The position numbers and the translations under genes were made by a program. A DNA stretch of 64,000 nt from Candidatus Dojkabacteria bacterium. Its GTDB lineage: Bacteria > Patescibacteriota > Dojkabacteria > GCA-002793355. The stretch's first letter is position 1; every line of letters begins with the position of its first letter. The stretch spans positions 510,308-574,307 of the forward strand of contig CP129477.1 in NCBI GenBank assembly GCA_030583825.1, written 5' to 3'. Shown here one piece after another: positions 46,416-56,223 of this stretch. The notes beneath the pieces are model-generated. The model searched no databases and had not been told where the DNA came from. It saw only the letters and a list, made by a program, of their open reading frames with translations.

Positions 46416-46961
46416 ATGTCCATGGTCAGGCAAATTGCGATCGCGGTGATCGCCACAATTATCCTCATTATAGTGGGTGTAGGAAGCTATATGATTTCTC
46501 GTCAGGTCATTCCAGATCCGACCACTGATGGTACGAATGGACAAGACGGAAATAACGGTAGCACCACTGGAATTATTACAGTCCAGGTGATTCAAAGACT
46601 TTCTCCAAAAAACATGATCAATAGAAAAGACGGTGAAGATGTTGTTATTCAATTCGATACTGAAGAAAGAACAGGCGCAGTAGTGTATCTAACACCGGAA
46701 AAAAGTGAGCTAATTCAAAACGTCGTTCGTGATTGGAACAATGCTGTGCCAGTAAAAGGTCAGTTCTACCCTGTAACAAGCGAAGATTCCGCATCAACAG
46801 CTCACTCCTTGAAAATTTCTAATAACGAAGGCACAATCAAATCTGGTGAATGGTATTATTATGTAATACTTTTGTATCAAGGACAGCGAATTCCTTACGG
46901 TGGAGTATCTGATCCACTGACTGGGCCATCCGCTCCCTATGTTGTAACGCTAACTGACTAA
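46416..46961 (+). CDS. hypothetical signal-anchored extracytoplasmic protein
   Basis: Start taken at the ATG at 46416, which avoids overlapping the divergent upstream gene. N-terminal TM (IAIAVIATIILIIVGVGSYMI). Confidence 0.45.
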   Translation: MSMVRQIAIAVIATIILIIVGVGSYMISRQVIPDPTTDGTNGQDGNNGSTTGIITVQVIQRLSPKNMINRKDGEDVVIQFDTEERTGAVVYLTPEKSELIQNVVRDWNNAVPVKGQFYPVTSEDSASTAHSLKISNNEGTIKSGEWYYYVILLYQGQRIPYGGVSDPLTGPSAPYVVTLTD

Positions 46962-46980
46962 AACTGATTGAAAACCCGAT

Positions 46981-48834
46981 ATGGCATATAAATATGAAAT
47001 CGAACAAAAAGCACAGCAATTACGATTGCGTGTATTAGTCGCAATTTATGTGCTGTTTGTTATTTCTGCCGCTATTATTGGTGTATCAGTACGATTGCAG
47101 CAAATTCGAAACATTCAGCCATCACGACCTGGTGCAGATACTGGAGGACAAACCGGTTACACATTGGCATCAGACCCAACATATAATCCTCGAAACTTAA
47201 GTGCATTTGCATATTGTGCAGTTGTTGACGCAAATAATAACGAAACAGGTGAATTTATTCCTCTTGGAGGAACACGTTTCTTCTTTAGACAAATGGGAAA
47301 ACGAGATGTTGGTCAAATTCGTAATGAACCACTCGCAAACCTTTGTAGTAATCTTCCTGCAGGCTGTGGACTTAATGGTCAAACAGTTGCACAATGTAGT
47401 TCAGGATTAACAAGTTGTCCTTCTTCCGATGGTATCGCAGGAATTATTTGTCCAGGCGGAGATGAGCAGAGAATCGCTCCTGCAAACGGATTAGTCGTAT
47501 GGCCAGGCCAGGACACAATTCTTGGAGACTTGCGATGGGACGATACTGATGTTGAAGTAACTCTTGATATGAACTCTGGGCCAATTGATCAAGGAGAGGT
47601 TACATACAACTCGACGGTATATACAATTAATAAATCTGCTGCAGTTATTAACTCACCAAACTTTACTCCGCATCTTGATTCATTACTTCCAATTTACCGA
47701 TGGCAGTGTCAGAATCTTTGTACCGGAGGTCAGTGTGCTCAGGGTGGAAATACATATCAACCAGCACCATGTACATTCTCTGGAAACCAGTTTAACTGTC
47801 CGGAATATAAATACTTGACCTATCAGGGAGCTCCATTTGCAAACGACGAATCAGATGACTCATTCTTATATCGTAGGTACGCAGCTGCTCGTGATCCAGC
47901 AAACCCAACTAAAGTTCGTGTAGGTTTTGGATATGAGGGAATCGTAGACTCAAGCTACCCAACAATTACAAATACAGATGCCGCATCATTAGTTGCATTT
48001 CGAGGCAATCTCGTAAAATTCCGATTCACCTGTTTGGCATCAGCAGTAACAACTCCGACACCAACGCCTACCCCAACTCCAAGTGATAGTCCAACTCCAA
48101 CACCAACCCCGTCAGGATCAGTTACCCCAACGCCAACACCGACTCCTACAGAGTTTCTTTTGACAGCACAGAAAACTGGCCCAGCATGTGTTGAGCGAGT
48201 TGAGCCAAACAATCACGCAACATTCACAATTACAGTAACGAATACAGGAACAGGAAACGCAACAATTAATAGAGTAGAAGATAGTCTTCCACAGGGATTC
48301 ACCTATCAAGCAGGTACAACAAATGTAAATGGTTCTAATGTTCCAGATACCTATGTAACAACACAAATGAGTGGAAACTCACAGCTTATTCGATTCGAAC
48401 GACCATCAGGAGATGGTGGCCCATGGGTTCTTGCACCAGGAGCATCACTGATTATTCGATTTACTTCTATCGCAGGAGATGATGCTATTACAGGTACAAA
48501 TACAAACCAAGTTGTTATCGTTCCAGAAGGTCACGATGCAATTGATGACATTCAGTTCCAGTTTGAAGTTGAGCAAACATGTGTTCCGGAAACAGGAATC
48601 CTTGATGAGCCGGTCTTTGTGATTGGTGCAAGTGCAGTCTTAATCCTCATTGGACTGTATGTTATGTACAATCCACGTGCAGCAAAGTTTGCAGAGCAGT
48701 GGCACTCAGCAATGACTGATACAAAGAAAAGAATTGACGCAACCGCTAAATCTCTTGAGAGAAAAGCAAACCGACGCGTCCGATTTGAAGAAAAGGTTTC
48801 CAAAGAGCTTTCAGGAAAACGCAAAAAATCATAA
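46981..48834 (+). CDS. large cell-surface protein: signal anchor, Cys-rich domain, (TP)n linker, DUF11-like repeat domain, C-terminal VPETG plus TM anchor
   Basis: N-terminal TM. Cys-rich region (CSNLPAGCGLNGQTVAQCSSGLTSCP). Linker TPTPTPTPTPSDSPTPTPTPSGSVTPTPTPTP. A TFTITVTNTGTGNATINRVEDSLPQGFTY beta-domain. Then CVPETG followed by a hydrophobic helix and a basic tail. Confidence 0.6.
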   Translation: MAYKYEIEQKAQQLRLRVLVAIYVLFVISAAIIGVSVRLQQIRNIQPSRPGADTGGQTGYTLASDPTYNPRNLSAFAYCAVVDANNNETGEFIPLGGTRFFFRQMGKRDVGQIRNEPLANLCSNLPAGCGLNGQTVAQCSSGLTSCPSSDGIAGIICPGGDEQRIAPANGLVVWPGQDTILGDLRWDDTDVEVTLDMNSGPIDQGEVTYNSTVYTINKSAAVINSPNFTPHLDSLLPIYRWQCQNLCTGGQCAQGGNTYQPAPCTFSGNQFNCPEYKYLTYQGAPFANDESDDSFLYRRYAAARDPANPTKVRVGFGYEGIVDSSYPTITNTDAASLVAFRGNLVKFRFTCLASAVTTPTPTPTPTPSDSPTPTPTPSGSVTPTPTPTPTEFLLTAQKTGPACVERVEPNNHATFTITVTNTGTGNATINRVEDSLPQGFTYQAGTTNVNGSNVPDTYVTTQMSGNSQLIRFERPSGDGGPWVLAPGASLIIRFTSIAGDDAITGTNTNQVVIVPEGHDAIDDIQFQFEVEQTCVPETGILDEPVFVIGASAVLILIGLYVMYNPRAAKFAEQWHSAMTDTKKRIDATAKSLERKANRRVRFEEKVSKELSGKRKKS

Positions 48835-48866
48835 AAGAGATTCATTTGGCTGTAAAGATGATATAA

Positions 48867-51455
48867 TTGATGAGTAATTTATCATCTTATATTATGAGTC
48901 ACTCATTGGTTTCTTTTGATTTTCAGCAACTGCAGTCGAAATGGTCTGCACTATGGCTTCAAAAGAACCTTTATGCTGTACCGTCATCGTCAGAAAAACC
49001 GAAGAAATACGTGTTAGTGGAATTTCCTTACCCAAGCGCAGCAGGATTACACATGGGACACTGCCGAAATTACTCAATGATGGATGTATATTCTCGTTAC
49101 TTTCGAATGAAAGGATTCAACGTATTGTATCCCATGGGATGGGATGCGTTTGGATTGCCGACATATAACTATGCAATGAAGGTAAAACGAGACCCTCACG
49201 AAGTATCAGCAGAGAATGTGTTGGTATTTAAGCGACAATTGCAGGAATTAGGCTTATCGTTTGATTGGGATCGCGAAATTGATACGACAGATCCGCAATA
49301 TTACAAGTGGACGCAGTGGATATTTGTCCAATTATTTAATCACTATTACAACGCAGAATATACTCGTGAAGATGGTGGAAAAGGGATGGCGCGTCCAATG
49401 GAAGAGTTACAGATTCCTCCTGAAGTTTCTGATGAAGGCGAAAATGCGGTAAGAGAGTATCAGGACTTGTACCGTTTAGCATATAAGGCAAAGATGCCTG
49501 TATATTGGTGTCCATTTTGTAAGAGTGGTGTTGCAAACGAAGAAGTGACAGCAGAAGGAACCCACGAGCGCTGCGATACTCCGGTAGAAAAACGAGAGTT
49601 AGAGCAGTGGATGTTACGAATTACAGCGTATGCTGACCGATTGATTGATGATTTAACAATGGTAGACTATCCGTTGAGCGTAAAGTCTGCACAGAGTAAT
49701 TGGATTGGAAGAAGCGAAGGAATTACAATTACGTATCCGGTAAAAGGGACTGATCATTCTGTGACCGTCTTTACCACAAAACCAGAAACAAATTTTGGCG
49801 CAACATTTATTGTTGCTGCTCCAGACAGCAACTTTATTAAAACACATAGTGATCTGTTTCCAAATAAAGAAGCTGTGGACAAGTATGTTTCAGAATCTCT
49901 CAGAAAATCTGATATTCAGCGTTTGGCGGAAGGAAAAACTAAAACTGGTGTTTTCACGGGAATGTATGCGGTAAACCATTTTACTGGTAAGGATATGCCA
50001 ATTTACGTCAGTGATTTCGTTTTGGGATCAGTCGGAACCGGTATTGTTGTTGGTGTTCCTGGCCACGATTTACGTGACTTTGACTTTGCCACAACAATGG
50101 GATTAGAAGTGGTCAGAGTTATTGTTGGAGAAGATAAAGATGAAAGCTTTATTAAGGAAAAAGCACAAATTATCCAAGAGGGAACAGTGGTAAATAGTGA
50201 CTTTTTGAATGGTATGAATGCCGATGACGCACGAGAGAAAATAATGAGTGTTATCGAAGAAAAAGGCTACGGAAAACGTCAGAAAAATTACAAACTTCGC
50301 GATTGGGTATTCTCGCGCCAGCACTATTGGGGAGAACCAACACCGATGGTATATTGTGAGCACTGTGGATGGCAAGCTGTGTCATTTAATGAATTGCCTG
50401 TTGAACTTCCACGCTTGGATGACTATGCAATGGGTGAAGATGGCTCATCTCCATTGGAAAAGGCAGAAGAATGGAAAAAAACTACTTGCCCATCATGCGG
50501 TGGAGCAGCTACTCGAGAAACAGATGTAATGCCAAACTGGGCAGGATCAAACTGGTATTATGTTCGCTACTTAGATCCAAAGAATGATAATGAGTTAGTG
50601 GACAAGAAAGTCGTAAAAGACTGGATGCCTGTGGATATTTATGACGGAGGATCAGAGCATGTGACACTTCACTTATTGTATTCACGTTTCATCTATAAAT
50701 TTTTGTATGATTTGGGTACAGTTCCAACGCAAGAACCTTATAAAGTGCGAAGAATTCACGGTGTTGTGCTAGGCCCGGATGGAAAAAGGATGAGTAAATC
50801 AAAAGGAAATGTTATTAACCCCGATGAAATTGTTGCTAAGTATGGAGCAGATATTGTTCGTATGTATGTCATGTTTATGGGCCCGTACGAAGGCAATTTG
50901 GCATGGAGTGATGAAACATTAAATGGTGTTAGGCGATTTTTGAACCGTGTTTCTGACAGGATTGTTGAAAAAATTGCATCTCCGGCAGTAAGTGAGGATA
51001 CGAAAATTACTATACAGTTAGAAGTCCTGGCTCATAGAATCGGCTCTGATATTACAGCATTAAAGTTTAATACCTCTATTGCGGCATTAATGGAATTTCT
51101 GAATGCTCATGAGAGTGTATCGTGGACAAATAAACAGATTGCAACATTCTTAACAATTCTGGCACCGTTTGCACCATTTCTTGCTGAAGAGTTATGGTCA
51201 CAACTTGGAAACTCTGAAAGTATTCATTTGGAGCAGTGGCCGAAAACACGAGAAAACGATGACTCTGGAACAATTGAAATTCCTGTTCAAATTAATGGAA
51301 AAATAAAGGCGAGAATTCATGTTGAAAAGAATATGTCGCAAGAAAACGTTATCGCTTTATTCATTAAAGAGAATGCGCAATTTGCAGATGCCGTTGCAGG
51401 TGGAAAAGTTGTGTATGTTCCAGGTAAAATCTTAAGCATTACCGCTCAGGGATAG
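48867..51455 (+). CDS. leuS: leucine--tRNA ligase
   Basis: HIGH motif region (PYPSAAGLHMGHCRNYS), KMSKS (RMSKSKGN), and a CP1 editing-domain-length insert. 862 aa. Confidence 0.95.
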   Translation: MMSNLSSYIMSHSLVSFDFQQLQSKWSALWLQKNLYAVPSSSEKPKKYVLVEFPYPSAAGLHMGHCRNYSMMDVYSRYFRMKGFNVLYPMGWDAFGLPTYNYAMKVKRDPHEVSAENVLVFKRQLQELGLSFDWDREIDTTDPQYYKWTQWIFVQLFNHYYNAEYTREDGGKGMARPMEELQIPPEVSDEGENAVREYQDLYRLAYKAKMPVYWCPFCKSGVANEEVTAEGTHERCDTPVEKRELEQWMLRITAYADRLIDDLTMVDYPLSVKSAQSNWIGRSEGITITYPVKGTDHSVTVFTTKPETNFGATFIVAAPDSNFIKTHSDLFPNKEAVDKYVSESLRKSDIQRLAEGKTKTGVFTGMYAVNHFTGKDMPIYVSDFVLGSVGTGIVVGVPGHDLRDFDFATTMGLEVVRVIVGEDKDESFIKEKAQIIQEGTVVNSDFLNGMNADDAREKIMSVIEEKGYGKRQKNYKLRDWVFSRQHYWGEPTPMVYCEHCGWQAVSFNELPVELPRLDDYAMGEDGSSPLEKAEEWKKTTCPSCGGAATRETDVMPNWAGSNWYYVRYLDPKNDNELVDKKVVKDWMPVDIYDGGSEHVTLHLLYSRFIYKFLYDLGTVPTQEPYKVRRIHGVVLGPDGKRMSKSKGNVINPDEIVAKYGADIVRMYVMFMGPYEGNLAWSDETLNGVRRFLNRVSDRIVEKIASPAVSEDTKITIQLEVLAHRIGSDITALKFNTSIAALMEFLNAHESVSWTNKQIATFLTILAPFAPFLAEELWSQLGNSESIHLEQWPKTRENDDSGTIEIPVQINGKIKARIHVEKNMSQENVIALFIKENAQFADAVAGGKVVYVPGKILSITAQG

Positions 51456-51552
51456 GTTACACATTGCTGGTAATTTTTCAAAGGGAAATATTCTATTCTG
51501 TTGGGATATTCGTTTCTATGTGAGATCATTTTTCCGGGCATATACTTGATAT

Positions 51553-52920
51553 GTGAAAAGATTACCATTACGACTTATTCTAGGAATTACTGCATGTATT
51601 TGCGGCTATTATGCTGCTGAGTCATTAGCTATTTCTAATAAGAATACCTTCGTTCTACTAGGGGCGTGTTTTTGCCTATTCCTACTGATCTTTAGCATCT
51701 GGAGAGAACAGCATAGCCCTGTGATATTCTTGCGGTTTTCGCGTAAAAATAGCAGACAAAGAATAAAGATAATAATGATTTGTGTAACTATTATTCTTGG
51801 TATATATGCGGGAATAGTAGTTAGATTAAGACTTCACTCAGGTTGTGAGTTCATTCCCGGTAATATGGTATTTGTTGCTTCAGTGTATACATCTGGCATC
51901 GAGGTCAAACCTATAGGTTGTAGTTCTAAATTACGGGCATTCGCATATTGTAACGAAGGAAAATGCCCACGTATTGGAGTTCTTGCTACTTTGCAGAAGG
52001 TGCAAGCAAGAGAAAACTCTTTGTCCGTTAGCGTGAGCAATCTTAAAGTACCAGAGTGGAATAGTGAGCCTTGGATGTTTGCAAGGTATGTGGGGAATTC
52101 TCTTAAAGAAGAGTATTATTCGCTAATTTTGGAGTCCGAGGGGCCAGATACGGCAAATATTATGGTGTCGCTTCTGTTTGGAGGTACAGCTCTTCCGGAA
52201 TGGTTTAAAAAAGGAATGGAGGCTTTAGGCTTACAGCATATTACTGCTATTTCGGGTGCTAATATTGCACTGCTTATGAGTTTTATGGAAGGAGTATTAC
52301 GTAAGTTACACAAAGTTCTGATTAATAGTATTATGATTATAGTTTCTCTTGCTCTATTAACTATTACAGGGCCACTTCCTCCTTTATTAAGAGCATTCTT
52401 TACCATTATTATAGTATCTATTTTTACCCTTTGGGGCCGAAAAGTAGAAGGTTTATCTTATGTGACACTTCCTGCATTATTGGGTATCTTTTTCTTTCCT
52501 GAGCTAAGTGAATCAAAGAGCTATTTTCTTGCAGTTGCAGCAATTTTTGGTGTAATGGTCATCGCACCTTCTATAGAAAGGAAGTTCGTAAAACATATCA
52601 AGAGAGTTTTTCCCAGAATAAGCAAAAAGTTTATTGATTTTTGTAGAGTAATTATTTTACAACTTGGAGTGGCCATAAGCATACAACCTTTACTATGGTT
52701 TTATTTTGGAAGAAATTCTCCCATTGGAATAGTTAGTTCAATCATACTTGATTCAACTTTCACGGTACTTCTTACAGTAGGGTACATTGCCTTTATAGCT
52801 TCTAGTACTTTTAGTGAAGTAACGAGGCTTTCGTTTCCCGCTGTGAAGCTTATCCTTACCGTCATCAAAATAATGTTTCACATTTTAGAAAATATAACCA
52901 TAAGTTATCAACATGTCTAG
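51553..52920 (+). CDS. ComEC/Rec2-family competence membrane protein (core competence domain only)
   Basis: Polytopic membrane protein with the ComEC signature region LLFGGTALPEWFKKGMEALGLQHITAISGANIALL. No metallo-beta-lactamase domain present. Confidence 0.65.
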   Translation: MKRLPLRLILGITACICGYYAAESLAISNKNTFVLLGACFCLFLLIFSIWREQHSPVIFLRFSRKNSRQRIKIIMICVTIILGIYAGIVVRLRLHSGCEFIPGNMVFVASVYTSGIEVKPIGCSSKLRAFAYCNEGKCPRIGVLATLQKVQARENSLSVSVSNLKVPEWNSEPWMFARYVGNSLKEEYYSLILESEGPDTANIMVSLLFGGTALPEWFKKGMEALGLQHITAISGANIALLMSFMEGVLRKLHKVLINSIMIIVSLALLTITGPLPPLLRAFFTIIIVSIFTLWGRKVEGLSYVTLPALLGIFFFPELSESKSYFLAVAAIFGVMVIAPSIERKFVKHIKRVFPRISKKFIDFCRVIILQLGVAISIQPLLWFYFGRNSPIGIVSSIILDSTFTVLLTVGYIAFIASSTFSEVTRLSFPAVKLILTVIKIMFHILENITISYQHV

Positions 52921-54655
52921 AGATATGTTTCACAAATTAATTAAAAATAAGCAAACGTGGAAAAAGTGTTTATATCTTTTAGGGGTAGTAGCTTTCTTAT
53001 GTTTCACACTTTCTCAAGATATAACAGTAAAAGCAGACTCATTTTTTCCTTCAGGAGATGCACGGTATTGTTTACTAGTTCCTACTGTAGGGTTTTACTT
53101 ACAAAGTACACCTATTCCGGAGTTTTTAGAGTATGATGGCGATAAAGTCACGGGATATTCATATAGTTGGGTAACTTCGCATGGAATTACAGATGTCGCT
53201 GATATTCGAGCTGGGCACTTACATAGATTCAGAGACATTGCCAGCTATGTTGCTGGGCCACCAGGAACTCAAATAGGTGTTGCCGCTTGGTTTTACAATG
53301 GAAGTGGACACTCAGTTGATATTTCTGAGTCTCGACTATATCTTTCCTCTCCCGAAAGTGGAGATCTCACAAGAAATACAACAGTTCTTCCTCAAAGTGG
53401 AGTAACTCAAACACTATATTTTGGGAATCAGTTTTCTCGGACAGGGGCATATACAACATTTCCTGTGCCAAGAATTCCTTCGTACTCAGGAAGTCATCCT
53501 CCAGGAATGAAAATTGGTACTCTCACTATAAAACAGCCTGTAGTGATAGGCTCTGTCGTTGCAGCCTGTTACCCAACAAACGATGGACAAATAATTATGG
53601 AGAAAAATATTATGGTTAGAAATGATTCCATGTACTCATTACAAAATGTCCAAGTAGGAAATCAGTCTATTGAACTTGCTCCGCGTCAAATATCTGTAGT
53701 GACAATTACTGAAACTCAACCTCAAAATGCATCAAATACGTATGTGGGGAGTACGGTAAAGGTGTCTGACCAAAATGAACACCTCGAATGTGCAGCAACG
53801 GCTGCCGCAGATGGCGATGCTCTTATAGCTTCGGCGAGACCATTTTTTGTAAACAGAAATGATTCAGCAGACCTGAGTTGGTTTCGATTTCAACCTGCAC
53901 CTGCAGCAGAAGGCGGAGGTGTTACTCTCTGTGTGAGGCAGATTGGTTATACACAGGAGACTATTGCGCCAAGCTGCTCATTTGAGCTCAAACAGGAGAT
54001 ATCCGTAGAGGAGACTAACTTTTGTGAGCAGGGTGGTAAGGGGGCTCGCATATCTATAAAGATCCATAATACGGGAGGTTTCAGTGATAAATCATTCATT
54101 TTTCTGCGAATTAGAAAAGAGCATAGCCATAAAATAGCCAAAGTAGTGGGCTACTCAGAACGGGAGGAAGATAATTCTTGGATAGTTTATAAAGCAGAAA
54201 TTCCGTCAATAACTCACGGTGAAAGTAGGTCGCACATATTTACTATTGAATGGAGCGAACTAGCAGAAGACAATACTCCCATTTCAGTTCTTTATAAAGA
54301 GCAGGAAATAGAAAAAATAATTACAGTTGAAAAATGCGTACTGTCTCAGACTCCGGGGAATATAACAAGCATTAGCCACGCACCTATACCAATAACTGTT
54401 AGCCAGGAAGAATCACTCTGGAATAAAACTAAAAATGAAAACTTTTTTGTGTTATCAAAATTGGCGAATGCAGGGATTTCGTTTGAGCTGGAGAATTCCT
54501 ACTTATTTGGAGCAGTCATTGCAATAATTTCTTGCCTTATTTTTAGAATTGTTTCAAAAGGATATGTGAGAGGGCGATTTAAAAAGACAGAAGAGAGTAT
54601 TTCTTTTTCGCCTGCAGATAATGGACAACAAAGTATTGTCTCGATTGAAAATTGA
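52913..54655 (+). CDS. hypothetical secreted/membrane-anchored protein (N-terminal signal, C-terminal TM)
   Basis: 580-aa ORF overlapping the ComEC-like stop by 8 nt (operonic). N-terminal hydrophobic segment and a C-terminal TM (FGAVIAIISCLIFRIV). No recognised domain. Confidence 0.5.
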   Translation: MSRDMFHKLIKNKQTWKKCLYLLGVVAFLCFTLSQDITVKADSFFPSGDARYCLLVPTVGFYLQSTPIPEFLEYDGDKVTGYSYSWVTSHGITDVADIRAGHLHRFRDIASYVAGPPGTQIGVAAWFYNGSGHSVDISESRLYLSSPESGDLTRNTTVLPQSGVTQTLYFGNQFSRTGAYTTFPVPRIPSYSGSHPPGMKIGTLTIKQPVVIGSVVAACYPTNDGQIIMEKNIMVRNDSMYSLQNVQVGNQSIELAPRQISVVTITETQPQNASNTYVGSTVKVSDQNEHLECAATAAADGDALIASARPFFVNRNDSADLSWFRFQPAPAAEGGGVTLCVRQIGYTQETIAPSCSFELKQEISVEETNFCEQGGKGARISIKIHNTGGFSDKSFIFLRIRKEHSHKIAKVVGYSEREEDNSWIVYKAEIPSITHGESRSHIFTIEWSELAEDNTPISVLYKEQEIEKIITVEKCVLSQTPGNITSISHAPIPITVSQEESLWNKTKNENFFVLSKLANAGISFELENSYLFGAVIAIISCLIFRIVSKGYVRGRFKKTEESISFSPADNGQQSIVSIEN

Positions 54656-56223
54656 TGCTCGAGTGTGGTTGGAATAAACAGAGAATCAAATGCGCGGGAC
54701 AAAATAAATTTATTTTTCTTTAATCCGATGACTGACTGATAAAACATATCTTTTACAATTTGGTTGCTGAGGCTGTCGAGAATTTTCTTAGGAATTCGAG
54801 CAATGTGAAACCTATGAATCTTTTTTACAGCAAGAATTGCAGGGTGTGTGTTGCCTAACTTTTCCGGTATTTGGTTTAGAGTTGAAGCAAGAGAGAGAGC
54901 GTCGTTAATGAAAAATCTACTTTCGGTAGAAATTGGAACTGAGAGTATAGGAAATCCAGAGCAATAGGCATTAAGATATTGTGAAACAACTATTGCGGCG
55001 TAAGTTGCGTAAAAAAGCTGAGAGTCTTTCGATAAATGGTGAATAGTAGGCATTTCAACCACTTTTTGTGGCAGATTAAACGTTGGAAGGCTTGCCTTTG
55101 GTGATTCAATAACACGGATATCTTTGCCAAAATATTTTTTAAATACTTTTGCCATTGCATTCGATACGTCCCAAAAGCTCTTTTCTGTTTTTAAAGCAGA
55201 GTCACCTATTTGTGTAACAGCAATTCCTTCACCATTTCTTCCATTGCTGTGTGAATTGTAGTAGGCAAGATTGTATTTTTCATGTTTCACACTGCCGATA
55301 GATTCAAGCAGTTGTAACTTCTTTTCGAGAGAGTGTGCGATATGCTCCAAATACTCTTTCCAGTGAAGAGGAAGCTCCTGAGAATGTGTTTCATATACTT
55401 TGCGAAGTATGCTTTTATTCAGAGAGATCGCGGAAGCAATTTTCTTACTATCATATGAAAAGCGAGGAATGTAGTTGCCGTGTTTTTCTGTCCATTTCTC
55501 AAGTTCGCTTTCAAGGTTTACCGGCTGTTCCAGTTTCTCAATTGAAAGTACTGACTCATCTTCAGTAAATTTTTTAAGCTCACGGTACAGTGGCAATAAC
55601 TTTTCATTGTGAATATTCGTGTAAGAAGTTTCTAAATTGGGGTTAAGCTTTTCAAAAAAGAGAGCATCCTGTGTTTGCTGACCTTTCTTCACAAGAAAAT
55701 GCTTTTGCCTACCGATGAATCGAAATCCAGTTCGAAAGTTCAATTTGATAGTAGGGGTATTTTCTTCGTAGGTGCGTCCGTAAATCTTTAAAAATCCAAA
55801 TGATGAAAATAAAAAGTCGAAGAAAGCATCGTAACAGGCAGTAGAGTATCCTTTCCCTCGAAATTCAGACTTATTCAAAATAGCAACAGAAAGATAAGCA
55901 CTCATATTGCTCCAGTCAATAAGCTTTATTTTTACATAGCCGATGTAGGTCTTCTTGCGGTTTTCTGTCAACGTAAGTATGTAGGTAATTTCCTTAATCT
56001 TTTCGCCATACATGCTCTCAATTGCTTTTGTGAATGCTTCTGGCTGTACAATGCGTGGCGTACGAAATAAAGTTTTTTGGATATCTGAGTCGTTGAGAAT
56101 AATGAGCAATCCTTCCGCATGCGTTTTCGAGAGAGGTTCTAGCGTTAAGGCTTTAACCTTCGTTTTTAGTTTTGGAAAGACGGGCATATTTGTTCTCGAT
56201 ATAGGAAATAATCTCTCCGGCAA
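54499..56223 (-). CDS. GNAT acetyltransferase-like N-terminal domain fused to ~370-aa uncharacterised C-terminal domain (last gene of ATP-grasp operon)
   Basis: N-terminal ~190 aa are RimL/RimJ-like GNAT (YIGYVKIKLIDWSNMSAYLSVAILNKSEFRGKGYSTACYDAFFDFLFS). The C-terminal domain is unrecognised. The start could be the internal ATG at 56187. The 3' end overlaps convergent gene 52913..54655 by 157 nt. Confidence 0.55.
   Translation of the reverse strand: MPERLFPISRTNMPVFPKLKTKVKALTLEPLSKTHAEGLLIILNDSDIQKTLFRTPRIVQPEAFTKAIESMYGEKIKEITYILTLTENRKKTYIGYVKIKLIDWSNMSAYLSVAILNKSEFRGKGYSTACYDAFFDFLFSSFGFLKIYGRTYEENTPTIKLNFRTGFRFIGRQKHFLVKKGQQTQDALFFEKLNPNLETSYTNIHNEKLLPLYRELKKFTEDESVLSIEKLEQPVNLESELEKWTEKHGNYIPRFSYDSKKIASAISLNKSILRKVYETHSQELPLHWKEYLEHIAHSLEKKLQLLESIGSVKHEKYNLAYYNSHSNGRNGEGIAVTQIGDSALKTEKSFWDVSNAMAKVFKKYFGKDIRVIESPKASLPTFNLPQKVVEMPTIHHLSKDSQLFYATYAAIVVSQYLNAYCSGFPILSVPISTESRFFINDALSLASTLNQIPEKLGNTHPAILAVKKIHRFHIARIPKKILDSLSNQIVKDMFYQSVIGLKKNKFILSRAFDSLFIPTTLEHQFSIETILCCPLSAGEKEILSSVFLNRPLTYPFETILKIRQEIIAMTAPNK

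Noticed and set aside
47930-48170. Possible CRISPR-like short repeats (ACTCCAACACCAAC-type periodicity)
   Set aside because: The periodicity is a 6-nt codon repeat (Thr-Pro) within a coding linker. There are no repeat-spacer units of CRISPR size.
47955-48212. 85-aa minus ORF with GVGVGVGV repeats
   Set aside because: It is the reverse-complement reading of the (TP)n linker-coding repeat (ACNCCN) in the surface protein gene, not an independent gene.
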